Shown: positions 56,826-64,000 of the stretch, one piece after another | Layout: the number at the start of each line of letters is the position of its first letter | How positions within the stretch are numbered: position 1 is the stretch's first letter | Assembly: GCA_016709665.1 (NCBI GenBank) | Contig: JADJMI010000018.1 | Span: 3,431-67,430, forward strand | DNA: 64,000 bases | Reading direction: 5' to 3' | From: Betaproteobacteria bacterium | GTDB taxonomy: Bacteria > Pseudomonadota > Gammaproteobacteria > Burkholderiales > Usitatibacteraceae | The notes under the pieces: model-generated | What the model saw: only the letters and a program-made list of their open reading frames with translations | What the model was told of the DNA's origin: nothing | Database searches by the model: none | Position numbers and translations under genes: made by a program

Positions 56826-59701
56826 TGGCACGCCCACGAAAGACCACAGCCGCCTCTGTCGGCACTGCTGGCTCAAGAAGCGGTGGCAAGAAGCGCACCT
56901 TCCACCAGGAACTGGTACTTAATCGCTGGATGTTGGGCTTCTTCAGGGGGGGCAGTCTCAGCGCCTTGAAGCTGCGGTTGGGCGATGATCGCCACGAGGG
57001 GATCGACGAGGACGGACAAACAAAGTTCTTTCATGAGCTGACGCGCAACCTTTTCGAAGTGGATCGTGTATCTGAGGCCGATCTGCGTCGCTACGACCTG
57101 AACATCGTTGGCCATTGGCAGGCCATCACTTCCCAGCGCAACAAGCTGGAAGGCCATGAACTGCAGATGAAGTACTTTCAGTACCTCTCACTGCTGTTCA
57201 CCGAGATCTACCTGGACTGGTACTTCAACAAGCGCCAGGACCTGCTGGATGGTCTTAACGAGGAGTTGGTGCGCTACAGCGCCGAAACTGGCGCAGAGCC
57301 CTTCCGCGACTTTGATGCGGACGATCTGAACAAGATCGCCTTCTGGAACGCCACGGGCAGCGGCAAGACGCTTCTGCTGCACGTCAACATTTGGCAGTAC
57401 TTGCATTATTTCCAGGCTGGCCGAGGCGACCACTACCCGAGCAAGATCATCCTGCTCACGCCGAACGAGGGCTTGTCGCGCCAGCATCTGGAGGAGCTGC
57501 ACTTGTCGGGCTTCGGCTTCGCCCAGTTCTTCAACAAGGCGCAGACCCCTGCGCGTGGGACTATCGAGATCATCGACATCAACAAGCTGGGCGATGAGAT
57601 GGGTGACAAGACAGTCGCCGTGGATGCGTTTGAGGGAAACAACCTGGTGCTGGTGGACGAAGGCCACCGTGGTACTGGCACGGCGGCAGGCGCGTGGATG
57701 AGTCGCCGTGATGCGCTGGTGCGCGGCGGCTTTGCCTTCGAGTACTCGGCGACCTTTGGGCAGGCCGTGGCCAAAGGATTGACCGTGTCGGCGGCGGAAG
57801 AAGACATCCAGAAGAAGCGCGCCAAGATGCTGTTCGACACGACCAGCCTGAAAAAGCTGGACGACGGCCAGCTTGCCCAGCTTGCGCTAACTCCCGAGGA
57901 CAGGCGCCGCGCGCGGGTCACCGCTACTCGCGAGATCTACGCCAAGTGCATCTTGTTCGACTACTCGTACAAGTTCTTCTACGAGGACGGCTACGGCAAG
58001 GAATCGCTGATCCTCAACATGAACGGAGAGGCCTATGAGCCGGCGGAGAACGCCCGCAAGTATTTCACTGCCTGTCTGCTGGCCTTCTATCAGCAGCTTT
58101 GGCTGTGGAGCACCCACCGCGAAAAGCTGACCGACTTCAACATTGAAAAGCCGCTGTGGGTGTTCGTGGGTAACACAGTGTCAGGTGAGGAGTCGGACAT
58201 TCTGGAGGTGGTGAACTTTCTCGCCGACTTCCTGAACAACGATGCGCAGATTAAGACCTGGCTGGCCGATCTGATCGCCGACCGGACGCAGATTGTGGAC
58301 GCCAAGGGCAACAATATCTTCCAGGGTCGATTCACACCCCTCATGGGATTCGTGGATCAGGTGGACGCGCTGTACGCCGACATCCTGGTGCGCGTGTTCA
58401 ATGCCCAGGCGAAGCAACGGCTTAAACTGGTCAACATCAAGAGTAGCAAGGGAGAGCTGGCGCTGCGGGTGGGCGACGCGGAACCCTTCGGCCTCATCAA
58501 CATTGGCGACGACGCAGGCTTCTTCGGGATGGCCGAGGACTCCGACGCCTTCGACAGCGAGCGCGATGACTTCGGCGGCGCGTTGTTCGGAACGCTGAAC
58601 AACAAGGACAGCCAGCTCAACGTGCTGATCGGGTCGCGCAAGTTCACGGAAGGGTGGAGCAGTTGGCGCGTGTCCACTATGGGCCTCCTGAACATGGGCC
58701 AGGGCGAGGGCTCGCAGATCATTCAGCTGTTCGGGCGCGGCGTGCGCCTAAAGGGCAAGGGCTTTTCGCTTAAGCGCACAACGCCGCAGGAACGACCCAA
58801 GGGTGTGCATCTGGACAAGCTGGAGGCGCTGAACATTTTCGGCGTGCGCGCCAGCTACATGGCTGCATTCAAGGACTATTTGCGCGAAGAAGGCATCACG
58901 CCCAGCGACGAAATTCTGGAGCTCGATTTCCCCACACGACCCAACCTGCCCGCGGGCAAGCTCAAGACGCTGGCGCTGAAGGACGGCTACAAGGACAACC
59001 AGAAGATGGGCTTCAAGCGCACCCACTTCCCGTGGTTGTACGAAATACCCGCAAAGTTCCAAGGAAAGATCAAAGCGCCACACGTGGTGCTTGACCTATA
59101 CCCCCGCGTCGAGGCGCTGGCCACGAACGACAAAGGCTCGGCCAGCACGGCCGAAGCAAGGCACAAGGGCAAGTTGAACGCGAGCGTGTTTGCTGTGTTC
59201 GACTGGGATTGCATCTATCTGGCGTTGCAGGACTACAAACTGCAACGGAGCTGGAGCAACCTGCGGCTAGACCGACAGAAACTGATCGACTTCTGCGCAG
59301 GTGCACCTGACTGGTACACGCTGTTCATCCCTGCGGTGGAACTGGCCGTGAACACGTTCAGCGACATTCGCAAGCAGGAGGACATCCTGATCCGACTGCT
59401 GACCGACTACACCGACCGCTTTTACAAGGCGCTGAAGACCGGCTACGAGGGGCAATTCTACGACGTCACGCGCATCGATGAAGACCACGGCTCGATGCTC
59501 AAGCTCTACCAGTTCGAGATCGAAAACAGCGATGACGGGCTGGAGTATCAGAAGAAGCTGGAAGTGCTGAAGAAGCTGGTGGCCGACGGCAAGATCGGTG
59601 AGGCCAGCAAATGGAACGCTCCTCACATGGTTGCTGTTAGTTTCGACCGACACCTTTACTACCCGCTGATGGCGCTGGAAGACAAGGACGCGGTGCCTTG
59701 A
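56825..59701 (+). CDS. Type III Res-like SF2 helicase/ATPase (no recognisable nuclease domain)
   Basis: Walker A FWNATGSGKTLLLH, motif II LVLVDEGHRGT, FEYSATF, KFTEGWSSWRV and QLFGRGVRLKG (Res-type motifs V/VI). The start ATG shares one nt with the Mod stop (TGATG). The frame is intact over 958 aa. Confidence 0.8.
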   Translation: MARPRKTTAASVGTAGSRSGGKKRTFHQELVLNRWMLGFFRGGSLSALKLRLGDDRHEGIDEDGQTKFFHELTRNLFEVDRVSEADLRRYDLNIVGHWQAITSQRNKLEGHELQMKYFQYLSLLFTEIYLDWYFNKRQDLLDGLNEELVRYSAETGAEPFRDFDADDLNKIAFWNATGSGKTLLLHVNIWQYLHYFQAGRGDHYPSKIILLTPNEGLSRQHLEELHLSGFGFAQFFNKAQTPARGTIEIIDINKLGDEMGDKTVAVDAFEGNNLVLVDEGHRGTGTAAGAWMSRRDALVRGGFAFEYSATFGQAVAKGLTVSAAEEDIQKKRAKMLFDTTSLKKLDDGQLAQLALTPEDRRRARVTATREIYAKCILFDYSYKFFYEDGYGKESLILNMNGEAYEPAENARKYFTACLLAFYQQLWLWSTHREKLTDFNIEKPLWVFVGNTVSGEESDILEVVNFLADFLNNDAQIKTWLADLIADRTQIVDAKGNNIFQGRFTPLMGFVDQVDALYADILVRVFNAQAKQRLKLVNIKSSKGELALRVGDAEPFGLINIGDDAGFFGMAEDSDAFDSERDDFGGALFGTLNNKDSQLNVLIGSRKFTEGWSSWRVSTMGLLNMGQGEGSQIIQLFGRGVRLKGKGFSLKRTTPQERPKGVHLDKLEALNIFGVRASYMAAFKDYLREEGITPSDEILELDFPTRPNLPAGKLKTLALKDGYKDNQKMGFKRTHFPWLYEIPAKFQGKIKAPHVVLDLYPRVEALATNDKGSASTAEARHKGKLNASVFAVFDWDCIYLALQDYKLQRSWSNLRLDRQKLIDFCAGAPDWYTLFIPAVELAVNTFSDIRKQEDILIRLLTDYTDRFYKALKTGYEGQFYDVTRIDEDHGSMLKLYQFEIENSDDGLEYQKKLEVLKKLVADGKIGEASKWNAPHMVAVSFDRHLYYPLMALEDKDAVP

Positions 59702-59703
59702 AG

Positions 59704-60216
59704 ATGCGCCCACTGGCCTTCGATGCGCCAAGCGAATGGGAATTCGTTCGGGATCTGGAATCGTTCTACAACTCGCCCGCTGGCAAAGTCGCCATCGGGT
59801 CGCGCAGCCTGTACCTGCTGCGCAATGCGGATCGTGAGGAGAAGGGTCTGGGATTTGCGCTGGCTGGCAACTTTTACCCGGACTTCTTGCTGTGGCTGGT
59901 GGACGATGCCACCGGCAAGCAATGGTTGACATTCGTCGATCCCAAGGGCCTGCGCAACCTTGATCTCTCACACCCCAAGCTTGGGCTCTACAAGGAGGTG
60001 AAGTCACTGGAGACGACGCTGGCGGCTCAGGCCAAGCCCGGTGAGCCACCCCTGGTCTTGAACGCCTTCGTACTGTCCCCCACGAAGTTCTCCGACCTGC
60101 TCAATGTGGGCGATCCAACAAAGAAGGCCGAGTTGGAGGAGCGACATGTGCTGTTCATGGAAGACGGCGGAGACGCCTACCTGAAGAAGCTGTTTGCAAA
60201 GGTGGCAGCCGCATGA
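59704..60216 (+). CDS. Small PD-(D/E)xK-like nuclease candidate (split-off Res endonuclease domain?)
   Basis: FYPDFLLWLVDD ... QWLTFVDPKG fits the Y-PDF ... (D/E)xKG pattern of Type III Res and restriction-endonuclease-fold domains. The ORF begins 3-6 nt around the Res stop (TTG 59698 or ATG 59704). Confidence 0.5.
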   Translation: MRPLAFDAPSEWEFVRDLESFYNSPAGKVAIGSRSLYLLRNADREEKGLGFALAGNFYPDFLLWLVDDATGKQWLTFVDPKGLRNLDLSHPKLGLYKEVKSLETTLAAQAKPGEPPLVLNAFVLSPTKFSDLLNVGDPTKKAELEERHVLFMEDGGDAYLKKLFAKVAAA

Positions 60217-60351
60217 CCGGTCAGGACGCCAAAGTCCCCATGGCAATTGCTCGCTGCAGTACCCTTCCGGCCCAATAGACTTACCGGAGAGGCCCCACTG
60301 CGGTGCCGTTCCGCTCGCGCTGATTAATGCTTCTATGAAGCGTGGCGTGTC

Positions 60352-61434
60352 TCAGCTGACTGCGGCGACAGGGGCGTGCCGAGTCAGTCGCTCCAGCGCA
60401 AAACTTAGGGCGCGATCGTCGAACAACCGATCCTTGCGCTCTGCCGCGCCCGGTCCACCGCACCAATGGCGCAGGCCTTCTCTGACCGCCGTCACGTTGG
60501 GCGCAACGCCCTCGTTCGCGAGGAGCCAATCAACCGTCGCCAACAATTCCATGCCGAAAGGCGACTCGAATCCATCAATCAGCGCTGCCGTGTACTCCAG
60601 CGCCTCAAGATAAGGCTTAGCTTCCGTCTTGAGATAGGTTTGCAAGAAGCCCTTCCGCTCGTCGTCAAACCAAATCACGTCGAGTGGGTCTGCGTCGCTG
60701 ATCCGCTTCTCGCAGTGAAGGTAGCTTCCGTCAAGGTTATTAAGCAGATGAGTTAGGCGGTTGGCGTATGGACCGTACTTGTTTGGTATGAACCGTAGGT
60801 CCAAGGGGTTGTCCGCCGGGGAAAAGCGCTCGATTGCGCGCTCCAAGAACCACGCGAGCGTCTGAATCTCCAGCAAGCTGCACTCCATGCCAAGTACCCA
60901 ATAGCGTCGAACCAGTTCGGCGATCAGGGCGCGGGCCGGTGTCAACTTCTCGACGCCGCTTCGCTTGGCCACGTTTTGGTACTGCTTTGTCGGCTCGAAG
61001 ACCAGAATGTCGATGTCGAGGTCGCCCAGTGCGGCCTCGATCTGCGCTCGGACGTCGGCCCATTCGAGGCCTCCATTCCCCGATCCTAGGGGCGGGATGG
61101 CGACCGACTTCACTTCATTGGCAAGCAGGACACGACGCAGATCCTGGAGCCCTTCGACGATCCACTCCATCCGGGATGGAGCACGCCAATGTTGCTTGGT
61201 GGGGAAGTTGATAATCCAGCGCGGACCGTTCAGCTCGTGGACTTCGGTCACAAAGACCTTCCCGGTCTGTATCTGGCTGGCCTTACAGGCAGCCGAATAG
61301 AGGCGGAAATTTTCCGCGAACCGTTCCTTGAACATAAGGGCAATGCCCTTGCCCATCACACCGACGGTATTGACGGTGTTGACCAGCGCCTCAGCCCTAG
61401 CTTCTAGCAAGTTGCCTTGTCTGAGCGTGATCAT
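60352..61434 (-). CDS. darG: DarG antitoxin (macrodomain ADP-ribosylglycohydrolase plus C-terminal DarT-binding domain)
   Basis: [39 protein letters not shown] ... [12 protein letters not shown] ... [11 protein letters not shown] is a macrodomain signature. The ATG shares one nt with the darT stop (TGATG). Confidence 0.88.
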   Translation of the reverse strand: MITLRQGNLLEARAEALVNTVNTVGVMGKGIALMFKERFAENFRLYSAACKASQIQTGKVFVTEVHELNGPRWIINFPTKQHWRAPSRMEWIVEGLQDLRRVLLANEVKSVAIPPLGSGNGGLEWADVRAQIEAALGDLDIDILVFEPTKQYQNVAKRSGVEKLTPARALIAELVRRYWVLGMECSLLEIQTLAWFLERAIERFSPADNPLDLRFIPNKYGPYANRLTHLLNNLDGSYLHCEKRISDADPLDVIWFDDERKGFLQTYLKTEAKPYLEALEYTAALIDGFESPFGMELLATVDWLLANEGVAPNVTAVREGLRHWCGGPGAAERKDRLFDDRALSFALERLTRHAPVAAVS

Positions 61435-62084
61435 CAGAAATACCACTTTGGCAGAACTAGAACTTCCAGCTTCATGTCTTCTCTCTGGATCTGGGCTTCA
61501 AGCGCCGATTTTACCGCTTCGGTATAGCAGACTACCGCGATCAGTCCGGTGATGGGTAGCTGTCGGTACACGAGGGCCTCGGCCTGATAGCGTTCGATTT
61601 GCTCGGGGTCATCTGGATTGCGCTGAAAATTACGAGTCTGGAGCAACGGCCAGTCAATCTTGCCCAGGTCATCAAGCTCGTTGGAAAAGTTGGCCAACGA
61701 TGTATAGGCATGTCGATCCGTGAATACGAAATCGAGCTCCATCGCTTTAACCTTCGGCAGGCTGGAGACGAGAATGCAGATCTCTTCATTGCGACGTCTT
61801 GGGACTTCGCCGCGTCCGGTATAGATGTTGTACATCATGGGCGAAAACGGAGTGAAGTAGAACGGAACGTAGTCGGCCAGTGTGCCTCCCGGTGCCACCA
61901 GGACATTACGATGCGTCCGTCGACTGATCAAGTCAGCGTTACCAATTGCGACGTAGTTCGGGTCTCGCACTGGAGAGTTCGCACAGTGCAAGCCATTGCG
62001 CATTATCCATGGAAGATTATCGCGATGGACGATGCGCCAGATCAGCGCCTTCTCCGGGTTCAGGTTGGGGTAGTTGTTAGCCAT
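61434..62084 (-). CDS. darT: DarT (DUF4433) ssDNA thymidine ADP-ribosyltransferase toxin
   Basis: [34 protein letters not shown] ... [17 protein letters not shown] ... FVFTDRHA ... ERYQAEALV is the DUF4433 pattern. It lies immediately upstream of the macrodomain gene. Confidence 0.88.
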   Translation of the reverse strand: MANNYPNLNPEKALIWRIVHRDNLPWIMRNGLHCANSPVRDPNYVAIGNADLISRRTHRNVLVAPGGTLADYVPFYFTPFSPMMYNIYTGRGEVPRRRNEEICILVSSLPKVKAMELDFVFTDRHAYTSLANFSNELDDLGKIDWPLLQTRNFQRNPDDPEQIERYQAEALVYRQLPITGLIAVVCYTEAVKSALEAQIQREDMKLEVLVLPKWYF

Positions 62085-62189
62085 TCACCGGCTCCAGGAA
62101 CGTGCAACAGCCCGCCACCGTGACCCGTTGAGCCGTTGGCTTGGGCGCGACCATCACGTCCTGCTTGGGCATTCGGTCGTCCTCTGTAC

Positions 62190-62513
62190 CTAGTCCAGAA
62201 CCACCAGAAATTCGGTGGCCAGCGCGGTCGGCCGAACATCGCGGACATTCCGGGTAAGCTCAACTAGTCCGTATCCCTCCATCATTCTCAACGTCCGCGA
62301 CAGGTTCGACACCTGCCGGCCTGTCAGCGCGGCCAACTCGGTCAGGGTCTTCGGCTGTGCATCCCGAATGACCCGCAACAACGCCCGGTTCTCCTCGGAT
62401 AGCACAGCTGCCATCGTCGCTGTCGATGGAAACCAGACTGTCGGGAGCCGCTTCGCCCCGCCATTGGTCTGGCCATTACTCGTTCCGCGTATGCCGACGA
62501 CACAACGCTTCAT
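62190..62513 (-). CDS. Winged-helix (MarR/ArsR-like) transcriptional regulator
   Basis: LSEENRALLRVIRDAQPKTLTELAALTGRQVSNLSRTLRMMEGYGLVEL forms the HTH core. The true start may be the internal Met (MAAVLSE). Confidence 0.65.
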   Translation of the reverse strand: MKRCVVGIRGTSNGQTNGGAKRLPTVWFPSTATMAAVLSEENRALLRVIRDAQPKTLTELAALTGRQVSNLSRTLRMMEGYGLVELTRNVRDVRPTALATEFLVVLD

Positions 62514-62604
62514 TTCCTGCGCTTCGGGGTCATGAGTGGAAGCGTAAGTTTATCACTGTGGCACAAGCATAGCGAGACTCCGTGTCTGCCAAGACATTCG
62601 ACCG

Positions 62605-63086
62605 TCACAGGAGAATGCGAGCCTCAGCATTGCGGCGAGCAACGAGGCCGGGGAGCACTCTGCCACCACCGTAGACCCAGCGCCGCAATTCCGATGCTGC
62701 ATCCCCCGGGCTTGCTGGATGAGCCTGCGTCGGAGTGTTGATGTCTGTAGACGTCCCGCGCCGAGATTGAATGTGAAGTCGACGATGGCTGCGAGCCGGC
62801 CCTCGGGCTCTGTGGCGAGCGCCGGGCAGTACCGCAGGGTCGCGTTAAGGGCGGAGAGCAGGTCGTGCGCCAGGTAGTCCTCCGCTTCCGCCTCGGTGAT
62901 CGGTGGGTGCTGCGGGTCGCAGAGATGACCGTAGCCGATCGTCCAGCAGTAGCCCGCGGGGCAGATGGGTGCGCCCTCCCCGGATCCATCCTTTGGCACC
63001 CGGTGGAATCCCTCGAACCGCTTTGCAAGTTCACGGCGGCCTGCGGCACCGCAATCACGGCCGCACCCGGTCAAACACGCGCCCAA
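62605..63086 (-). pseudogene. Phage endolysin (GH24 lysozyme-like), frame break at ~62700-62715
   Basis: LAKRFEGFHRV ... WTIGYGH ... AIVDFTFNLGAGRLQTSTLRRRL. The expected tail AASELRRWVYGGGRVLPGLVARRNAEARILL-stop (TGA 62605-62607) lies in another frame, after a C/G homopolymer run. Confidence 0.75.
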
Positions 63087-63174
63087 GGAACCAGAAATTG
63101 CAGCACCCGGCCCAGAGCCTGATCGGCCTCGGTCCAGGCCTGCAACACGGCGGCACTCCAGCCGAGCCCGGCGG

Positions 63175-63528
63175 TCATGGCACCCACAAAGCCGCCGTCT
63201 TGGCCGCGCAGTAAAGGGCCATGAACCAGTAGGTGATCACAGGCCGCACGCTGACTGAGAGCGCATCGGCCCAGCGCACACCGGTCTTCTCCCCTTGGGT
63301 GCGGACCGCATCACGCAGGGCCTCGATGGCACCGGTGTTCCAGGCGGCATCGGCCCCCGCGCCAATTTCGGCCATCTTCTGGGCGCCACGCAGGCGGTCG
63401 AACTCCAACGCCTTGTCCTGCATCGCGAGTTCGTGGCCACGCTCGCTCTTTCGGTCGAACCACTTGAGAACTTCAGGTGCCAGGCGAAACACGCCACCCA
63501 GCAGACCACCCAACAGGGTCTCGATCAT
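63175..63528 (-). CDS. Phage membrane protein, holin-like
   Basis: MIETLLGGLLGGVFRLAPEVLKWFDRK... with a hydrophobic C-terminus ITYWFMALYCAAKTAALWVP. The ATGA overlap with the upstream ORF and the position just before the endolysin support the call. A 34-aa continuation (MTAGLGWSAAVLQAW...) lies in another frame. Confidence 0.5.
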   Translation of the reverse strand: MIETLLGGLLGGVFRLAPEVLKWFDRKSERGHELAMQDKALEFDRLRGAQKMAEIGAGADAAWNTGAIEALRDAVRTQGEKTGVRWADALSVSVRPVITYWFMALYCAAKTAALWVP

Positions 63529-63827
63529 TGCGAGCCTCCCATGATCTTGAACTTGATCGCTGCACCCAAGAGCGCGACCACCAGGAGGCTGGTTGTCGCG
63601 ACGCGGATCACGGTGCGCCAGGCGGTGCGGCGGGCATCGCGCCAGGCTTCGAGCAGATCGCGCAGCTCCCGGATGTCTTCGGCCGCATGGGGGCCCTCGA
63701 GGCCGAGGTGAACGAGCGCGCGCTCGGCGCCACGTTCGGCGGCGCGATCGAGCAGGTCCTCGAAATCCTCCTTGCGGACGGTGAGGACGTTGTCTTCGGG
63801 GGACGGTGTGATGTGTTCGGCGTTCAT
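63525..63827 (-). CDS. Phage lysis-cassette membrane protein (C-terminal TM)
   Basis: A 100-aa protein with an acidic/helical N-terminus and TM segment VIRVATTSLLVVALLGAAI. It is translationally coupled (ATGA) to the next ORF. Confidence 0.5.
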   Translation of the reverse strand: MNAEHITPSPEDNVLTVRKEDFEDLLDRAAERGAERALVHLGLEGPHAAEDIRELRDLLEAWRDARRTAWRTVIRVATTSLLVVALLGAAIKFKIMGGSQ

Positions 63828-63911
63828 TGGGTCTCCAAAGGCGAACCCGCCACGAGGGGCTGACTCTCGGGCGGGTTCCGGGTTGAATCACAGCTATGTC
63901 CTACGGGTGGA

Positions 63912-64000
63912 TCAAATCTCGATTACCTCCAGCGTGAGACTGGGTGCGACACCCTCGATGACGTCGTCGCGCACGAATACGGTTTGGCCAACCTGGGCAT
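63912..64000 (-). CDS. 3' end of an unidentified (phage?) gene running off the window
   Basis: An open frame ...VFVRDDVIEGVAPSLTLEVIEI-stop (TGA complement at 63912-63914). Only 29 codons are visible. Confidence 0.3.
   Translation of the reverse strand, partial: AQVGQTVFVRDDVIEGVAPSLTLEVIEI

Noticed and set aside
50735-60216. Calling the cassette DISARM (class 1) or BREX
   Set aside because: SNF2 plus adenine-methylase is reminiscent of DISARM. However, no DUF1998 (DrmB, Cys-rich) or PLD (DrmC, HxK) protein is present, and the methylase is beta-class Mod-like. No PglZ, BrxC or BrxL-type genes for BREX are present. I therefore left it as Type III-like/hybrid.

Overview
This is a high-GC proteobacterial chromosome segment. 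Spot counts of single 60-nt lines give about 70% G+C in the left 48 kb. The host looks Betaproteobacteria/Burkholderiales-like (Bug/TctC binding protein, REP-rich intergenic DNA), but that is inference only.

Block 1 (1-40.7 kb) is an accessory region dominated by ten signal-peptide proteins on both strands. Their N-terminal heads are unrelated: CAP-like, Pmp-like beta-helix plus Ig repeats, InlB-B-like repeats, an unknown domain, a PQQ sugar dehydrogenase, a 12-blade NHL protein and four dual-propeller NHL/IPT giants. All ten end in the same twin ~125-aa C-terminal module (NISTR ... RARGPSL ... NDDW ... PGAYTAIVSG ... EVF-x-x-stop), which I cannot assign to a named family. Embedded in this block are a dual-GT2 glycosyltransferase, a housekeeping islet (ilvD, Bug-family SBP, amidohydrolase, lgt) and an ECF-sigma/Ser-Thr-kinase pair. 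That pair sits directly upstream of a tandem array of five NHL/IPT paralogues.

Block 2 (40.9-48.8 kb) holds ordinary genes: patatin, a diiron protein, PNPOx-like, AhpD-like, LysR, DUF1348, a PanE-like reductase and MgtC/DUF4010.

Block 3 starts at tRNA-Ala(CGC) (48827..48902) and is a lower-GC island. It carries a decayed ISL3 element with intact inverted repeats and an 8-bp target duplication. Next comes an HTH / SNF2 / Type-III-like Mod / Res-helicase / stand-alone PD-(D/E)xK cassette, in which the SNF2 gene is riddled with frameshifts while the rest is intact and translationally coupled. A DarT-DarG pair and a prophage lysis cassette follow.

Four clusters of a 21-nt hairpin REP element sit in intergenic DNA. 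About 20 frame disruptions occur, many at simple-sequence runs, so real pseudogenisation cannot be separated from indel sequencing error here. All functional calls come from motif recognition by eye; no database search was possible.
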